This document shows, piece by piece, positions 1-10,419 of a stretch of DNA of 64,000 nucleotides (positions are counted from its first letter, which is position 1; each line of letters starts with the position of its first letter). The translations under genes were made by a program, and so were the position numbers. The stretch is from Marivirga sp. Its GTDB lineage: Bacteria; Bacteroidota; Bacteroidia; Cytophagales; Cyclobacteriaceae. The stretch spans positions 4,835-68,834 of the forward strand of contig NZ_JAGXGF010000230.1 of assembly GCF_024636815.1 (NCBI RefSeq). Direction: 5' to 3'. Below the pieces are notes generated by a model. The model worked only from the letters and a program-made list of their open reading frames with translations, made no database searches and had not been told where the DNA came from.

Positions 1-1305
1 ACTTTGCCATATTTAGGTGCAGGAGAGTTTTATTTGGAATATGGTGATTTTGAATATAATGTGACTGTACCTTATAACCATATCGTGGTTGGTTCAGGGG
101 AATTATTAAATCCCAAAGATGTATTGACGTCTGAACAACAAAATAGAATGGCTAAAGCAGCCAAAAGTGATACAACAGTTCATATAATTACAGCTGATGA
201 AGTGGGAGATCCTTCCATAACAAGACCAAAGCAATCAGGTAATTTAACATGGAAATTTAAGATTGAGAATGCCAGAGATGTAGCCTGGGGGTCATCACCT
301 GCTTTTATCTGGGATGCGGCTAAAATAGATTTGCCAAGTGGTAAAAAAGCTATGGCTCAATCTGCTTATCCAAAAGAAAGTGATGGAGAAGATGGATACG
401 GACGTTCCACTGAATATTCTAAGGCTTCAATAGAGCATTATTCTAAAAAGTGGTATGAATACCCTTATCCTAATGCAGTAAATGTAGCGGCAGACATAGG
501 AGGAATGGAATACCCTGGCCTTAATTTCTGTGGGTATCAATCTAAAAATAAATCATTATGGGGCGTAACGGATCACGAATTTGGCCATAACTGGTTCCCA
601 ATGATAGTAGGAAGTAATGAGAGGTTATATGCCTGGATGGATGAAGGATTCAATACTTTCATCAACTTTTATTCTTCTGAAGAATTTAATGATGGTGAAT
701 TTGCTGATGATTTAGATGAAACCAGAAGTTATGTAGGCTGGTTAACTAGCGAGAGCAGAGAAAAAATAGCTACTTATCCTGATGTTGCTAATACCAGAAA
801 CTTAGGTATGATTGCCTATATGAAGCCTGCAATGGGGCTTTTGATGTTGAGAGAATACATTATAGGTCAGGAAAGATTTGATAATGCTTTTAAGGCTTAC
901 ATTAACAGATGGGCTTATAAACATCCAACTCCGGGTGACTTTTTTAATACCATGGAAAATGTAGCAGGAGAAAACCTATCATGGTTCTGGAGAACCTGGT
1001 TCTATGGAAATGGAAATATTGACATCGCGTTAGATGGAGTTTATCCATATCAAGGAAGCTATTTGTTGGTATTAGCTAATAAAGGAGAAGTTCCAATGCC
1101 TGTAAAAATGAAAGTTACCTATGCTGATGGAAGCAATGAAATGGTTGAACTTCCAGTTGAAATCTGGCAAAGAGGCAATTCTTGGAATCATTTATTAACT
1201 ACAGGAAGTAAAGAAGTAGTGAAAATAGAAATTGATCCTAATAAAATAACTCCAGATATCAATGGAAGTAATGATGTTTGGCCAATTCAATATTATGAGG
1301 ATTAA
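1..1305 (+). CDS. M1 family aminopeptidase (5' part lies outside the window)
   Basis: GGMEY exopeptidase motif, HEFGHNW zinc motif and downstream WMDEG Glu ligand; frame is open from base 1. Confidence 0.92.
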   Translation, partial: TLPYLGAGEFYLEYGDFEYNVTVPYNHIVVGSGELLNPKDVLTSEQQNRMAKAAKSDTTVHIITADEVGDPSITRPKQSGNLTWKFKIENARDVAWGSSPAFIWDAAKIDLPSGKKAMAQSAYPKESDGEDGYGRSTEYSKASIEHYSKKWYEYPYPNAVNVAADIGGMEYPGLNFCGYQSKNKSLWGVTDHEFGHNWFPMIVGSNERLYAWMDEGFNTFINFYSSEEFNDGEFADDLDETRSYVGWLTSESREKIATYPDVANTRNLGMIAYMKPAMGLLMLREYIIGQERFDNAFKAYINRWAYKHPTPGDFFNTMENVAGENLSWFWRTWFYGNGNIDIALDGVYPYQGSYLLVLANKGEVPMPVKMKVTYADGSNEMVELPVEIWQRGNSWNHLLTTGSKEVVKIEIDPNKITPDINGSNDVWPIQYYED

Positions 1306-1331
1306 TTATTGATTAAAAATACAGTTTACAT

Positions 1332-1359
1332 AAAAAGCTCTCCATATGGAGGGCTTTTT
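1332..1359. terminator. bidirectional intrinsic terminator
   Basis: AAAAAGCTCTCC-ATAT-GGAGGGCTTTTT between convergent genes. Confidence 0.8.
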
Positions 1360-1927
1360 ATTTTTCTATAATGGGAACAAATGGTGGTTCGTTCATATTA
1401 CAAAGCTCAACTTGTTCAATGGATAAATAATACTTATTGAGTTTATTTTTATAACGTTGACCAACTAATTCATGGTTTAACACCCATTCTTTTGTTGCAA
1501 TAATTTCATCTCTAAAACCTCTTTTAATTGCAATATAATCTGCTTCATGTTCTGCTTTAATTTTAAAGGAATTAGAAAACACATACTGTAATCCATATCT
1601 TACCATTCCTAAATTTGAATAGGAAAGATAGTCTACTAAATGACCTAATTCGTGGGCAAACCAGCCAGTCATCACCTTTTGAGGAACATCTTCGACTTTA
1701 AGACTATTACTACTGCTAACGTAAACCCCTAGCATTATTCTATATCTTTTTACTCCACTAAAAATATTCTTTAATGAAATAATAGGTTGTGCCTGCATAG
1801 TGGATGATTTAACTCTTTTTTGATATAGTGTTACAGGGTAATCATGTAATTCTTCATATTCTTTTAAAGCTGTAAGAAAACTATCTTTTATTTTGTCGCT
1901 TTTAACTTTTTTGAATTTTACTTTCAT
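1358..1927 (-). CDS. hypothetical small zinc metalloprotease-like protein
   Basis: GWFAHELGH (HExxH) and downstream EHEAD, as in M48/M56-like gluzincins. Confidence 0.65.
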   Translation of the reverse strand: MKVKFKKVKSDKIKDSFLTALKEYEELHDYPVTLYQKRVKSSTMQAQPIISLKNIFSGVKRYRIMLGVYVSSSNSLKVEDVPQKVMTGWFAHELGHLVDYLSYSNLGMVRYGLQYVFSNSFKIKAEHEADYIAIKRGFRDEIIATKEWVLNHELVGQRYKNKLNKYYLSIEQVELCNMNEPPFVPIIEK

Positions 1928-2056
1928 AGTAAATACCTAACGACTCAAAAAATTGATTGTTTAATGCTTTTTTTACAAAAAAACTAATACGATAGTTGTC
2001 TAAAAGATATTTTTATAATAATTTGTCCTCTTAAAATTAAAAATAAACTTAAAATT

Positions 2057-4903
2057 ATGCTTAAAATGAAAAATTTATTGATTGCTTTAGTACTGTTTGT
2101 CTCGGCAAGTTCAGCCTGGGCGCAGTCTTCAGAAATTGAAAAAGCCTTACAAAAACCAATTCCATTAGATCCTAATGTGAAAGTAGGGCAATTAGAAAAT
2201 GGTTTAACCTACTATATCCGCCAGAATGAAAAGCCGGAAGATAAAGTAGAATTCCGCTTAGTAATTAATGCAGGTTCTATGCAGGAAAATGATCAGCAAT
2301 TGGGGTTGGCTCATTTTACTGAACACATGGCTTTTAATGGGACCGAGAATTTCAAGAAAAATGAATTAGTGGATTATTTACAGTCAGCCGGGGTTAAATT
2401 CGGTGCTGATTTGAATGCTTACACTAGCTTTGATGAAACTGTTTATATCTTACCAATTCCTACAGATGATGAGGAAGTATTAGATAAAGGCTTGACAGTA
2501 TTGGAGGATTGGGCTAATGGTTTATTGATGACTGAGGAAGAAATCGATAAAGAAAGAGGCGTAGTTTTAGAAGAGTGGAGATTAGGTCAGGGAGCTGGTC
2601 AAAGGATGAGAGATGAGTATTTCCCTATTCTTTTCAAAGATTCACGCTATGCTGAAAGATTGCCAATCGGTAAAAAGGTAATCTTAGAGAATTTCGAATA
2701 TGAAACGCTTCGTTCTTTTTACAATCAATGGTATAGGCCAAATTTGATGGCTGTTATTGCAGTGGGAGATATAGACCCTGCTGAAATGGAAAAAGAAATT
2801 AAAGAGCGATTTGGAGATTTGGAAAATCCGAAAGATCCTAAAGAAAAAGAACTTTACGAGGTTCCTGATCACGAGGAAACTTATGTGAGTATAGTAACTG
2901 ATAAGGAGGCTAATTTTAATCAAATTCAACTTTACTATAAACACGATAATGAAGTAATGAAAGATTTATCGGATATGAGAAGGGATTTGGTTTATAGCAT
3001 GTACAATGGAATGCTAGGTCAAAGATTAAATGAATTAAGGCAATCTGCTAATCCACCATTTTTATTTGCAAGTACTAACTTTTCACAGATGGTGCGAAAT
3101 AAAAGTGCTTATTCCTCATTTGCTATTGTGGGTGAAAATGGATTTGAAAGAGGTGTAAAAGTATTAGCAGAGGAAAATAAAAGAATTAAAGAACATGGTT
3201 TTACTTCTTCTGAATTAGAGCGCTACAAGAAAACATTTTTAAATAATGCTGAAAAGAGTGTAAAGGAACTGGATAAAACAGAATCAAGCAGATTTGCAAG
3301 TGCATACATTCAACATTTTTTAAGTGAAAACCCTATTCCAGGTGCGGAATTCGAATTTGAATTTTATCAAAACTTAATTAACACTATCACTCTGCCAGAG
3401 ATTAATATGTTAGCCGGAAAATGGGTTACAGATGAAAACCTTGTTGTGGTTTTAACTGGTGCAGAAAATGAAGGTGTAGAAATGCCATCTGAAGATGATA
3501 TTTTGGCTATTTTAGAAGATGTAAAGAGTTCTGATATTGAGCCTTATAAAGAGGAGGAAGTAGCTGAAAATTTTATGACAAATGCTCCTAAAGCTGGAAA
3601 TGTGACTAATTCAACAAAGCATGAAGAGCTAGGTGTAACTGAGCTTGAATTAAGCAATGGGGTTAGAGTAGTATTGAAACCTACTGATTTTAAAAATGAT
3701 GAAGTAAAAATGAGAGCCTATAGTTTTGGTGGTCATAGCCAATATGAAATGGAAGATTATCATTCTGCTTCTAATGCTACTTCTTTAATTTCCGAAGCCG
3801 GAGTTTCTGATTTCTCCAATACAGACATTCAAAAGATGCTTTCTGGTAAAACTGTTAGGGTAAACCCATATATTGGATCACTATCGGAGGGTTTTAATGG
3901 TCAAGCTAGCCCTCAGGATTTAGAAGAATTATTTCAATTAACTTATCTTTATTTTACAGCTCCAAGAATGGATGAAGAAGCTTTTGGTTCTTATGTAAGT
4001 AAGAATAAAATGCTTTATGGTAATTTGATGTCAAATCCTCAGTTCTATTATAGTGATAAAGTAAGCATGATTTTAGCACAGGATAATCCTAGAGGTGGAG
4101 GGTTTCCTAAAGCAGAAGATTTAGATAAGATAGATTTCCAGAGAGCTTATGATATCTATAATGAAAGATTTGCCGATGCAAGTGATTTCACCTTTGTATT
4201 TGTGGGCAATTTTGATGTAGAAGGTATAACTCCAATGTTGGAAACCTATTTGGGTAGTTTGCCAACAGTAGAAAGAAAAGATAATTGGGTAGACTTAGGT
4301 ATCCGACCTCCAAAAGGTGTGGTGAAGGAAGAAATCATCAAAGGAACGGATCAAAAAAGTTATGCTACTATTTTATATCATGGTGAGACAGAGTATGATA
4401 AGCAAAAAAGCTATCACTTGAAATCGCTGGGTGAACTAGTGACCAACGAATTAATTGATATTCTTAGAGAGGAAAAGAGTGGAGTTTATGGAGTTGGTGC
4501 TTCTGGAAGTATGCAAAGATTACCGGAAAGCCGATATTCGTTTAGAATTGCTTTCCCTTGTGGGCCTGAAAATGTAGATGATTTAGTAGAGACCACTCAT
4601 GAAATCTTAGCGGATATTAAAGAGAATGGCGTGAAGGAAGAGGATTTAGCTAAAGTGAAAGAAGCTCAATTGAAAAACCTGAAAGAGAATTTAAAGAAAA
4701 ATGATTATTGGTTGAACAGGCTTTATAGTTTCTATTACTACGATGATGATTTAAGTAATTTCATAGTAACGGAAGATAAAATTCAATCATTATCTACTGA
4801 GGATTTAAAAGCTGCAGCAAATGAATTTTTAAATGAAGACCAATTTGTAGAAGCCATTTTACTTCCTGAAGAGGAATATGCTAAAGAGGAATCTGCAGAG
4901 TAA
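2057..4903 (+). CDS. pqqL: M16 family zinc protease (PqqL-like), secreted
   Basis: Signal peptide ending AWA-Q, inverted zinc motif HFTEH, NAYTSFDETVY, 948 aa. Confidence 0.9.
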   Translation: MLKMKNLLIALVLFVSASSAWAQSSEIEKALQKPIPLDPNVKVGQLENGLTYYIRQNEKPEDKVEFRLVINAGSMQENDQQLGLAHFTEHMAFNGTENFKKNELVDYLQSAGVKFGADLNAYTSFDETVYILPIPTDDEEVLDKGLTVLEDWANGLLMTEEEIDKERGVVLEEWRLGQGAGQRMRDEYFPILFKDSRYAERLPIGKKVILENFEYETLRSFYNQWYRPNLMAVIAVGDIDPAEMEKEIKERFGDLENPKDPKEKELYEVPDHEETYVSIVTDKEANFNQIQLYYKHDNEVMKDLSDMRRDLVYSMYNGMLGQRLNELRQSANPPFLFASTNFSQMVRNKSAYSSFAIVGENGFERGVKVLAEENKRIKEHGFTSSELERYKKTFLNNAEKSVKELDKTESSRFASAYIQHFLSENPIPGAEFEFEFYQNLINTITLPEINMLAGKWVTDENLVVVLTGAENEGVEMPSEDDILAILEDVKSSDIEPYKEEEVAENFMTNAPKAGNVTNSTKHEELGVTELELSNGVRVVLKPTDFKNDEVKMRAYSFGGHSQYEMEDYHSASNATSLISEAGVSDFSNTDIQKMLSGKTVRVNPYIGSLSEGFNGQASPQDLEELFQLTYLYFTAPRMDEEAFGSYVSKNKMLYGNLMSNPQFYYSDKVSMILAQDNPRGGGFPKAEDLDKIDFQRAYDIYNERFADASDFTFVFVGNFDVEGITPMLETYLGSLPTVERKDNWVDLGIRPPKGVVKEEIIKGTDQKSYATILYHGETEYDKQKSYHLKSLGELVTNELIDILREEKSGVYGVGASGSMQRLPESRYSFRIAFPCGPENVDDLVETTHEILADIKENGVKEEDLAKVKEAQLKNLKENLKKNDYWLNRLYSFYYYDDDLSNFIVTEDKIQSLSTEDLKAAANEFLNEDQFVEAILLPEEEYAKEESAE

Positions 4904-4926
4904 AATATTATTAAGTTCATTTCATG

Positions 4927-4965
4927 AAAGGCTGTCTCATATTTAGGTTTGGGGCAGCCTTTTTT
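4927..4965 (+). terminator. intrinsic terminator
   Basis: AAAGGCTGTCTC...GGGGCAGCCTTTTTT after the M16 gene. Confidence 0.75.
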
Positions 4966-4992
4966 GTTGATAAATGTTATTTGGGCCTCTTC

Positions 4993-5124
4993 CGCTAGCG
5001 TCTCGCTAGTGGAAAATACTCCCGCCTCTGGCGTTTTTCAGCTGTTTCTTCCTAAAGGTTCTATATTATTTAAGCCTACATTCCGTGCTAGGCACAAGTA
5101 AAAATCACCAGCGAGACGCTGGCG
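4993..5124. repeat. REPIN-like element (family A), 19-bp terminal inverted repeats
   Basis: CGCTAGCGTCTCGCTAGTG (4993-5011) and CACCAGCGAGACGCTGGCG (5106-5124) are inverted copies, each a hairpin; partial second copy at 50268. Confidence 0.8.
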
Positions 5125-5138
5125 ATATAACTATTTTA

Positions 5139-5699
5139 TTAATCATTAAACTCACTCATTGTTCTACTGACCCCAATGGTGGAAAAGCCTAAAACCATAT
5201 CACAGGCTTTATCCATTATAAAAGGCAATTCATCAAATTCTTGTTGAGTGAAAGGGCTTAATACATAATCCACTTGCTGACCTTTATGGAAGTTATCTCC
5301 AATGCCAAATTTCAATCGAGCATAATTTTGTCCACCAGTCATATCTTCAATGTTTTTCAGTCCATTATGACCTGCAGCTGATCCTTTTGCTCTTAATCTT
5401 AATTTACCAAATGGAAGAGCAATATCATCCGTAATAACTAAGATATTTTCCTTAGGAATTTTTAGCTCCTGCATCCAGTAGTTTACAGCCTTACCAGAAA
5501 GGTTCATATAAGTGGTAGGTTTTATCAAATGGATTTGTCTGCCCTTATATTTAAACTCGGTTTTCATGGCTAATTTCAAAGTCTCAAACTCCACTTTTTG
5601 CTGGTCAGCCAGTCTATCCAATGTTAAAAAACCGATATTATGCCTTGTGATTTCATATTCGGCTCCAATATTTCCTAAACCTGCAATTAGGTATTTCAT
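5139..5699 (-). CDS. pth: peptidyl-tRNA hydrolase
   Basis: [30 protein letters not shown] motifs. Confidence 0.97.
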   Translation of the reverse strand: MKYLIAGLGNIGAEYEITRHNIGFLTLDRLADQQKVEFETLKLAMKTEFKYKGRQIHLIKPTTYMNLSGKAVNYWMQELKIPKENILVITDDIALPFGKLRLRAKGSAAGHNGLKNIEDMTGGQNYARLKFGIGDNFHKGQQVDYVLSPFTQQEFDELPFIMDKACDMVLGFSTIGVSRTMSEFND

Positions 5700-5723
5700 A
5701 ATCTTGTTTTATTTTTCAAAACG

Positions 5724-5731
5724 CAAAAATA
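5724..5731 (-). promoter_or_regulatory. Bacteroidota -7 promoter element for pth
   Basis: TATTTTTG on the minus strand (TAnnTTTG), 24 nt upstream of the start codon. Confidence 0.55.
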
Positions 5732-5759
5732 AATGATTTTTATGGGAGTGCCGAGAAAT

Positions 5760-6481
5760 TTACTCATTCAAATATTCCAATAAAATCTTATTAATAGGAG
5801 AGGGCTGAGTTAAAGTCATCATATGTGATCCTCCTTCAATGATATGAGTGGCTTCTACATTTCTAATGGGGATGGTACGGTCTTTTGTTCCGTGGATATG
5901 AATAATGTTTTCCTGCGCGATTTTCCTTTCCCAATCAATAATCATGGTTACAGTGCGCTTCATGTACACAGGATCCTTACTAGATAACATACTTTTAAAA
6001 GTAGCTTTGTTAGTATTTCTGTCAGGCTCCACTATGGGTTGTAATAACTTAGCACCAGCCAGCATCAATATTGGAGGTACATTTTTATATAAAGGGATAG
6101 CTTTTTGAAATTTATATCTAAATGGAAGTTCTGACCGAGATTTAGCACTGGAAATGATAATTACTTTTCTGGATTTAAAAACTCATGGAGTTCTGATATA
6201 ATCATACCGCCTAATGAAACACCAATAAATATGTACTGCTGACTAGTATCAATTTGCTTGGATATTCTTTTCGCATATGCTGACAATGAACTTCCATTGT
6301 CCGGTATTGGATATTCTATATGGACTATTCTATAGTCAATTTTGAATTTTAAGCTGTCAAATAATCGCTCATCAGAACCTTGACCAGGGAATAAATAGAT
6401 AATAGGCGTCTCCTGAGCAAATGCAATAGTACTATAACAAATGATAACTATTGAAATTAATATGGATCCCTTAATTGTCAT
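5760..6481 (-). pseudogene. alpha/beta hydrolase split by a 1-nt deletion
   Basis: GVSLGG nucleophile in the 5' ORF, HGTKD and GGSH in the 3' ORF; adding one base to the run at 6165-6168 gives continuous NPEKVIIISSAKSRSELPFRY. Confidence 0.85.
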
Positions 6482-7202
6482 GGGTTTTATCGGACTGGCT
6501 TACCAGGTTTTGGATTTCATTTAGTTCATTAGGGGTTAGGGGTCTCCATTTTCCTTTTTCTACATCTAACTTGATATTCATAATCCTGATTCTTTTTAAA
6601 CCCGCCACTTTATAATCAAAATATTCACACATTCTTCTGATTTGGCGGTTTAAGCCCTGTGTTAAAATTATTTTAAAAGTACTTTTACCTAATTGCTCAA
6701 CAAAGCATTTTTTTGTTACGGTATCCAAAATAGGAACTCCATCACCCATTTTCTGAATAAAATCACCTTTGATAGGTTTATTTAAATGAACGATATACTC
6801 CTTTTCGTGATTATTTCTTGCTCTTAAAATTTTATTAACGATATCCCCGTCATTAGTGAGTAGAATTAGTCCTTCACTGTATTTATCCAGTCTACCTATA
6901 GGAAAAATTCTCTCAGGATAATTGATAAAATCTATAATATTATCCTTTTCTCTTCGCGTATCAGTTGTGCATACAATTCCTCTTGGCTTATTGAATGCTA
7001 AATAAACAAAATCCGATTTTGGCTCTGCAATCAATTTTCCCTTAACGCGTACTTCATCATCTGGCCCTACTTTGGTACCCATTTCAGGAACTTTTCCATT
7101 AATGGTAACTGCTCCTTCTTCTATTAACTTATCTGCTGCTCTTCTGGAGCAATAGCCAGCTTCACTTAAGAACTTATTGATTCTTTTTAATTGTGTATCC
7201 AA
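6471..7202 (-). CDS. rluF: 23S rRNA pseudouridine synthase RluF (RsuA family)
   Basis: S4 domain RINKFLSEAGYCSRRAAD, catalytic GRLD, QGLNRQIRRMC; TTG start. Confidence 0.9.
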   Translation of the reverse strand: MDTQLKRINKFLSEAGYCSRRAADKLIEEGAVTINGKVPEMGTKVGPDDEVRVKGKLIAEPKSDFVYLAFNKPRGIVCTTDTRREKDNIIDFINYPERIFPIGRLDKYSEGLILLTNDGDIVNKILRARNNHEKEYIVHLNKPIKGDFIQKMGDGVPILDTVTKKCFVEQLGKSTFKIILTQGLNRQIRRMCEYFDYKVAGLKRIRIMNIKLDVEKGKWRPLTPNELNEIQNLVSQSDKTHDN

Positions 7203-7571
7203 AATTTATTTGTTAGCAACCAGGATTAACCAATTGAATGATTTGTCCATACTTTTATAAAACAAGCCAAAATTAAACATCTCAAACTAGATTAATTGCA
7301 TAAAGCATCAAAAATGTATGAATACTATACTAATATGAATTAGGGCTTCATCAAATCAAAATCTTTATATTAACATAGCTGTTTTGTTGACGAGTTGAAT
7401 TGAACCTAATTAGATTTCATGGCTTCAACTGTCCATTATTTACGGAATAAGACTTATAGAGAAGAAAGTAGCATGAATTTTATGAAGTGGAAAAAGCCTA
7501 AATTTTTAATGTTAGAAGTTTATTGAAGCTGATTAAGATTAAATAATGTATATTTCCATATCAAAAAACCT

Positions 7572-8105
7572 ATGTGGAATATTAAATATATACTTACCAG
7601 CATTTTGGCTGTAATCTTTAGCTTTGTAGTACATGAATTCTCACATTGGATATGTGGCGAATTCTTAGGTTATGAGATGAAAATGACCTTAAATACGGTT
7701 TATCCAGCACTAAAAGCATATGATACTCAGGCAGATTATATGCTGATTTCAGCAGTTGGCCCCATCATCACTTTAATTCAGACAGTTGTTTTCTTTTTAC
7801 TCATTAACAACAGTAAAAATCTTTATTTATTTCCCTTCTTATTCACTTCTTTCTATTTACAATTATTGTCTGGAGTGATGAATTTTTCTAAACCAAATGA
7901 CCTCGGTAGAATCAGCTCGTATTTTGATTTAGGATTATTTACTATTCCAATTCTTGTGATAATTCTCCATACTTTTTTATTGTATAGAGCGATTAATCTC
8001 AATCAGATAAGGAAAAAAATGATTTGGATTACAGTGTTTTATGTAATTCTATTTTCTTCTATCTGGATTTTAGGCAATCAATTTTTTAAGATCATTTTAA
8101 TATAA
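7572..8105 (+). CDS. membrane protein, M50-like metalloprotease motif
   Basis: HEFSH in the first hydrophobic segment, SAVGP motif, later ND, about 5 TM segments. Confidence 0.6.
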   Translation: MWNIKYILTSILAVIFSFVVHEFSHWICGEFLGYEMKMTLNTVYPALKAYDTQADYMLISAVGPIITLIQTVVFFLLINNSKNLYLFPFLFTSFYLQLLSGVMNFSKPNDLGRISSYFDLGLFTIPILVIILHTFLLYRAINLNQIRKKMIWITVFYVILFSSIWILGNQFFKIILI

Positions 8106-8119
8106 TCTAATGTGTCTTA

Positions 8120-8995
8120 TTATTCTAAACTAAACCAAATCTCATCACCGGGCTTCAACTGAGCCAACTGGTCTAAATCCTCATTAATTATATTAGCTAT
8201 TCTTGGATACCCACCTGTAGTTTGCGCATCTTTCAATAAAATTATAGGTTGGCCGCTCCCAGTTATTTGAATTGTTCCGGGGATAATCCCTGACGAAATC
8301 ATCTCTGTGCTTTCCTGTTTTGAAGTTAAATCTGTAGTTAATCTATAGCCCATTCTGTTGGCATCTTGAGAGATTTTATGACCTTGACCGAAAAATTTGG
8401 CAATAGCTTCCCTAGAAATATTTTCAAATTCAGGACCAGGGGTTACTCTTAATCTAACCATTTGGGATAGAATGGTTGTATGCTTATTCTCATCCCAACT
8501 TCCGGTTTTATTTAAAAATGAAGAGTGAATTTTTAGTTTTGTACCCTTTTGAATAATGCTATCAGGTGTAGCATCCGCTGCTTGCAATAACGGACTTACA
8601 CTTCCTTTCCATTTTTTAGCCTTCCATTCACCCGCGATTGCTAAATAGGCTCTACAGCCGGATTTTAGTTTCCCAAATTTTAAAACAGAGCCACTTTTGA
8701 TATAAACAGCAGTATTGTTTTCAATTAATTCATCATCGCAAAAAAGCTCAAATAGAGCACCTGAGATGGCTATTAATGCATCCCAATCGAATAGAATTTC
8801 TGGTCCTGTCATGGTTATTTCCAATACAGGTACATCTTCTTCATTACCGACTAACTGATTAGCCATTTTAGCAGAAGTGCTATCTAAGGTGCCTCCAACG
8901 GGAACTCCCAGGTGTTGCAAACCAGCTCGTCCATTATCTTGTAAGGTGGTCTGAAGTCCTGGCTTTAAAAATGTTAAAGTCAATTCATTTGCCAT
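8120..8995 (-). CDS. pxpC: 5-oxoprolinase subunit C (KipA/AHS2 family)
   Basis: PGLQTTLQDNGR, NRMGYRL, DAQTTGGYPRI; ATG 8995 preferred over TTG 9025. Confidence 0.92.
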   Translation of the reverse strand: MANELTLTFLKPGLQTTLQDNGRAGLQHLGVPVGGTLDSTSAKMANQLVGNEEDVPVLEITMTGPEILFDWDALIAISGALFELFCDDELIENNTAVYIKSGSVLKFGKLKSGCRAYLAIAGEWKAKKWKGSVSPLLQAADATPDSIIQKGTKLKIHSSFLNKTGSWDENKHTTILSQMVRLRVTPGPEFENISREAIAKFFGQGHKISQDANRMGYRLTTDLTSKQESTEMISSGIIPGTIQITGSGQPIILLKDAQTTGGYPRIANIINEDLDQLAQLKPGDEIWFSLE

Positions 8996-9659
8996 TTTTC
9001 TGTAGAGTTTTAAAAGTTTGGGCACTTATAGATTTGAATTTTATTTTATCTCCCAGTTTAATAAGGAATGCATTTTCCTTAGCTGCATCAAATATTTTCA
9101 GGGGTGTTTGCCCGATAAGTTGCCATCCTCCTGGTGCATCAGTTGGGTAGATGCCTGTTTGCTTTCCGGCTATTCCAACGCTTCCCGCCTTAACTTGCTT
9201 TCTGGGAGTTGCTTTTCTTTTACATTCCAACCCCTCGGGTAATTCTCCTAAATACGGAAACCCTGGAAGAAAACCCATCATATAAACATCATAAGTTTTA
9301 GAAGTATGTAGGGATATTATTTCCTCAGAACTGAGGTTTATTTCTTTTGCAAGTGATGCTAAATCAGGGGCAAATTCCAGCTCATAACAAACAGGGATTT
9401 CAATGATTTTAGAATCTGATTTAATTTCATCAGGCTTGATATTCAGCTTTTCAATTTTAGATTTTAATTTTTTAAAATTAGTCGTTACGGGGTCAAAAAC
9501 CACCATAACAGAACAATAGGCGGGTATTTGATAGCTTACTTCTTCAAATTCGCTAATTGAATTGAAATAGCCTTTTACCAGATTATGAATTTTAGCATCT
9601 ATTTTCTGCTCAAAATTAATGAGCAAAGCATTATTCCCATAAGGCAGTATATTGATCAT
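8985..9659 (-). CDS. pxpB: 5-oxoprolinase subunit B (KipI/AHS1 family)
   Basis: IPVCY, GFLPGFPYLG, TGIYP..APGGWQLIG; ATGA overlap with pxpA stop. Confidence 0.93.
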   Translation of the reverse strand: MINILPYGNNALLINFEQKIDAKIHNLVKGYFNSISEFEEVSYQIPAYCSVMVVFDPVTTNFKKLKSKIEKLNIKPDEIKSDSKIIEIPVCYELEFAPDLASLAKEINLSSEEIISLHTSKTYDVYMMGFLPGFPYLGELPEGLECKRKATPRKQVKAGSVGIAGKQTGIYPTDAPGGWQLIGQTPLKIFDAAKENAFLIKLGDKIKFKSISAQTFKTLQKNGK

Positions 9660-10411
9660 AGTTGAATGCATTTAACTGTAATAGGCTGGTCCAATTGGTG
9701 GGTCGCTTTTAAAATATCTTCTGCTAATGGATTGTCCCCATGAATACATAAACTGTCCACTTCCATTGTGATTCGTTTTCCGCTTGCCGTTTGCACTTCT
9801 CCTTTTTGTGCTATTGAAATGAATTGATTTATGCTTTCTTCAACTGATTCTAAAACAGATCCTTTTTCTTTTCTTGGCATTAGACTTCCATCATCTTGAT
9901 AACGCCTGTCCAAAAACCCTTCTCTTATAAACCTGAATCCGCATTGTTGGGTGATTTCCTGAAAAGGACTTCCAGCCAGACCAAGAATAGCTAAATCAGG
10001 ATCAATTTCTTTAACTGCTGATAGAAAAGTATTCGCTTCTTTTTCACCAAATGCAATGGAATTGTAAAGTGCACCATGTGCTTTTATGTATTTGAGTTCA
10101 CCTCCGAGACTTTTTACCATGCCTATTAAGGCGGAGATTTGATATTTAACAGAGGCTTTTAATTCTTCATGGGAGAGCACAATTTTTCTTCTGCCAAATC
10201 CTGCTAAATCAGGATAGGAGGGATGAGCTCCAATTTGAACATTGTGTTGAAGTGCTTTTTTTATGGTGTTTTCAATATGTAATGGATCTCCACCATGAAA
10301 ACCGCAAGCAATATTACAGGAACTGATGTATGGGAATATCGCATCATCATTGCCCATTATAAATTGACCGAAACTTTCTCCTAAATCGCAATTAATATCT
10401 ATTGAACTCAT
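9656..10411 (-). CDS. pxpA: 5-oxoprolinase subunit A (LamB/YcsF)
   Basis: DINCDLGES, NIACGFHGGDP, KAHGALYN, CIHGDN. Confidence 0.95.
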   Translation of the reverse strand: MSSIDINCDLGESFGQFIMGNDDAIFPYISSCNIACGFHGGDPLHIENTIKKALQHNVQIGAHPSYPDLAGFGRRKIVLSHEELKASVKYQISALIGMVKSLGGELKYIKAHGALYNSIAFGEKEANTFLSAVKEIDPDLAILGLAGSPFQEITQQCGFRFIREGFLDRRYQDDGSLMPRKEKGSVLESVEESINQFISIAQKGEVQTASGKRITMEVDSLCIHGDNPLAEDILKATHQLDQPITVKCIQL

Positions 10412-10419
10412 CTTTTAGA

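Noticed and set aside
7203-7571. Intergenic gap between rluF and the M50-like gene
   Set aside because: No recognisable ORF remnant, repeat or structure
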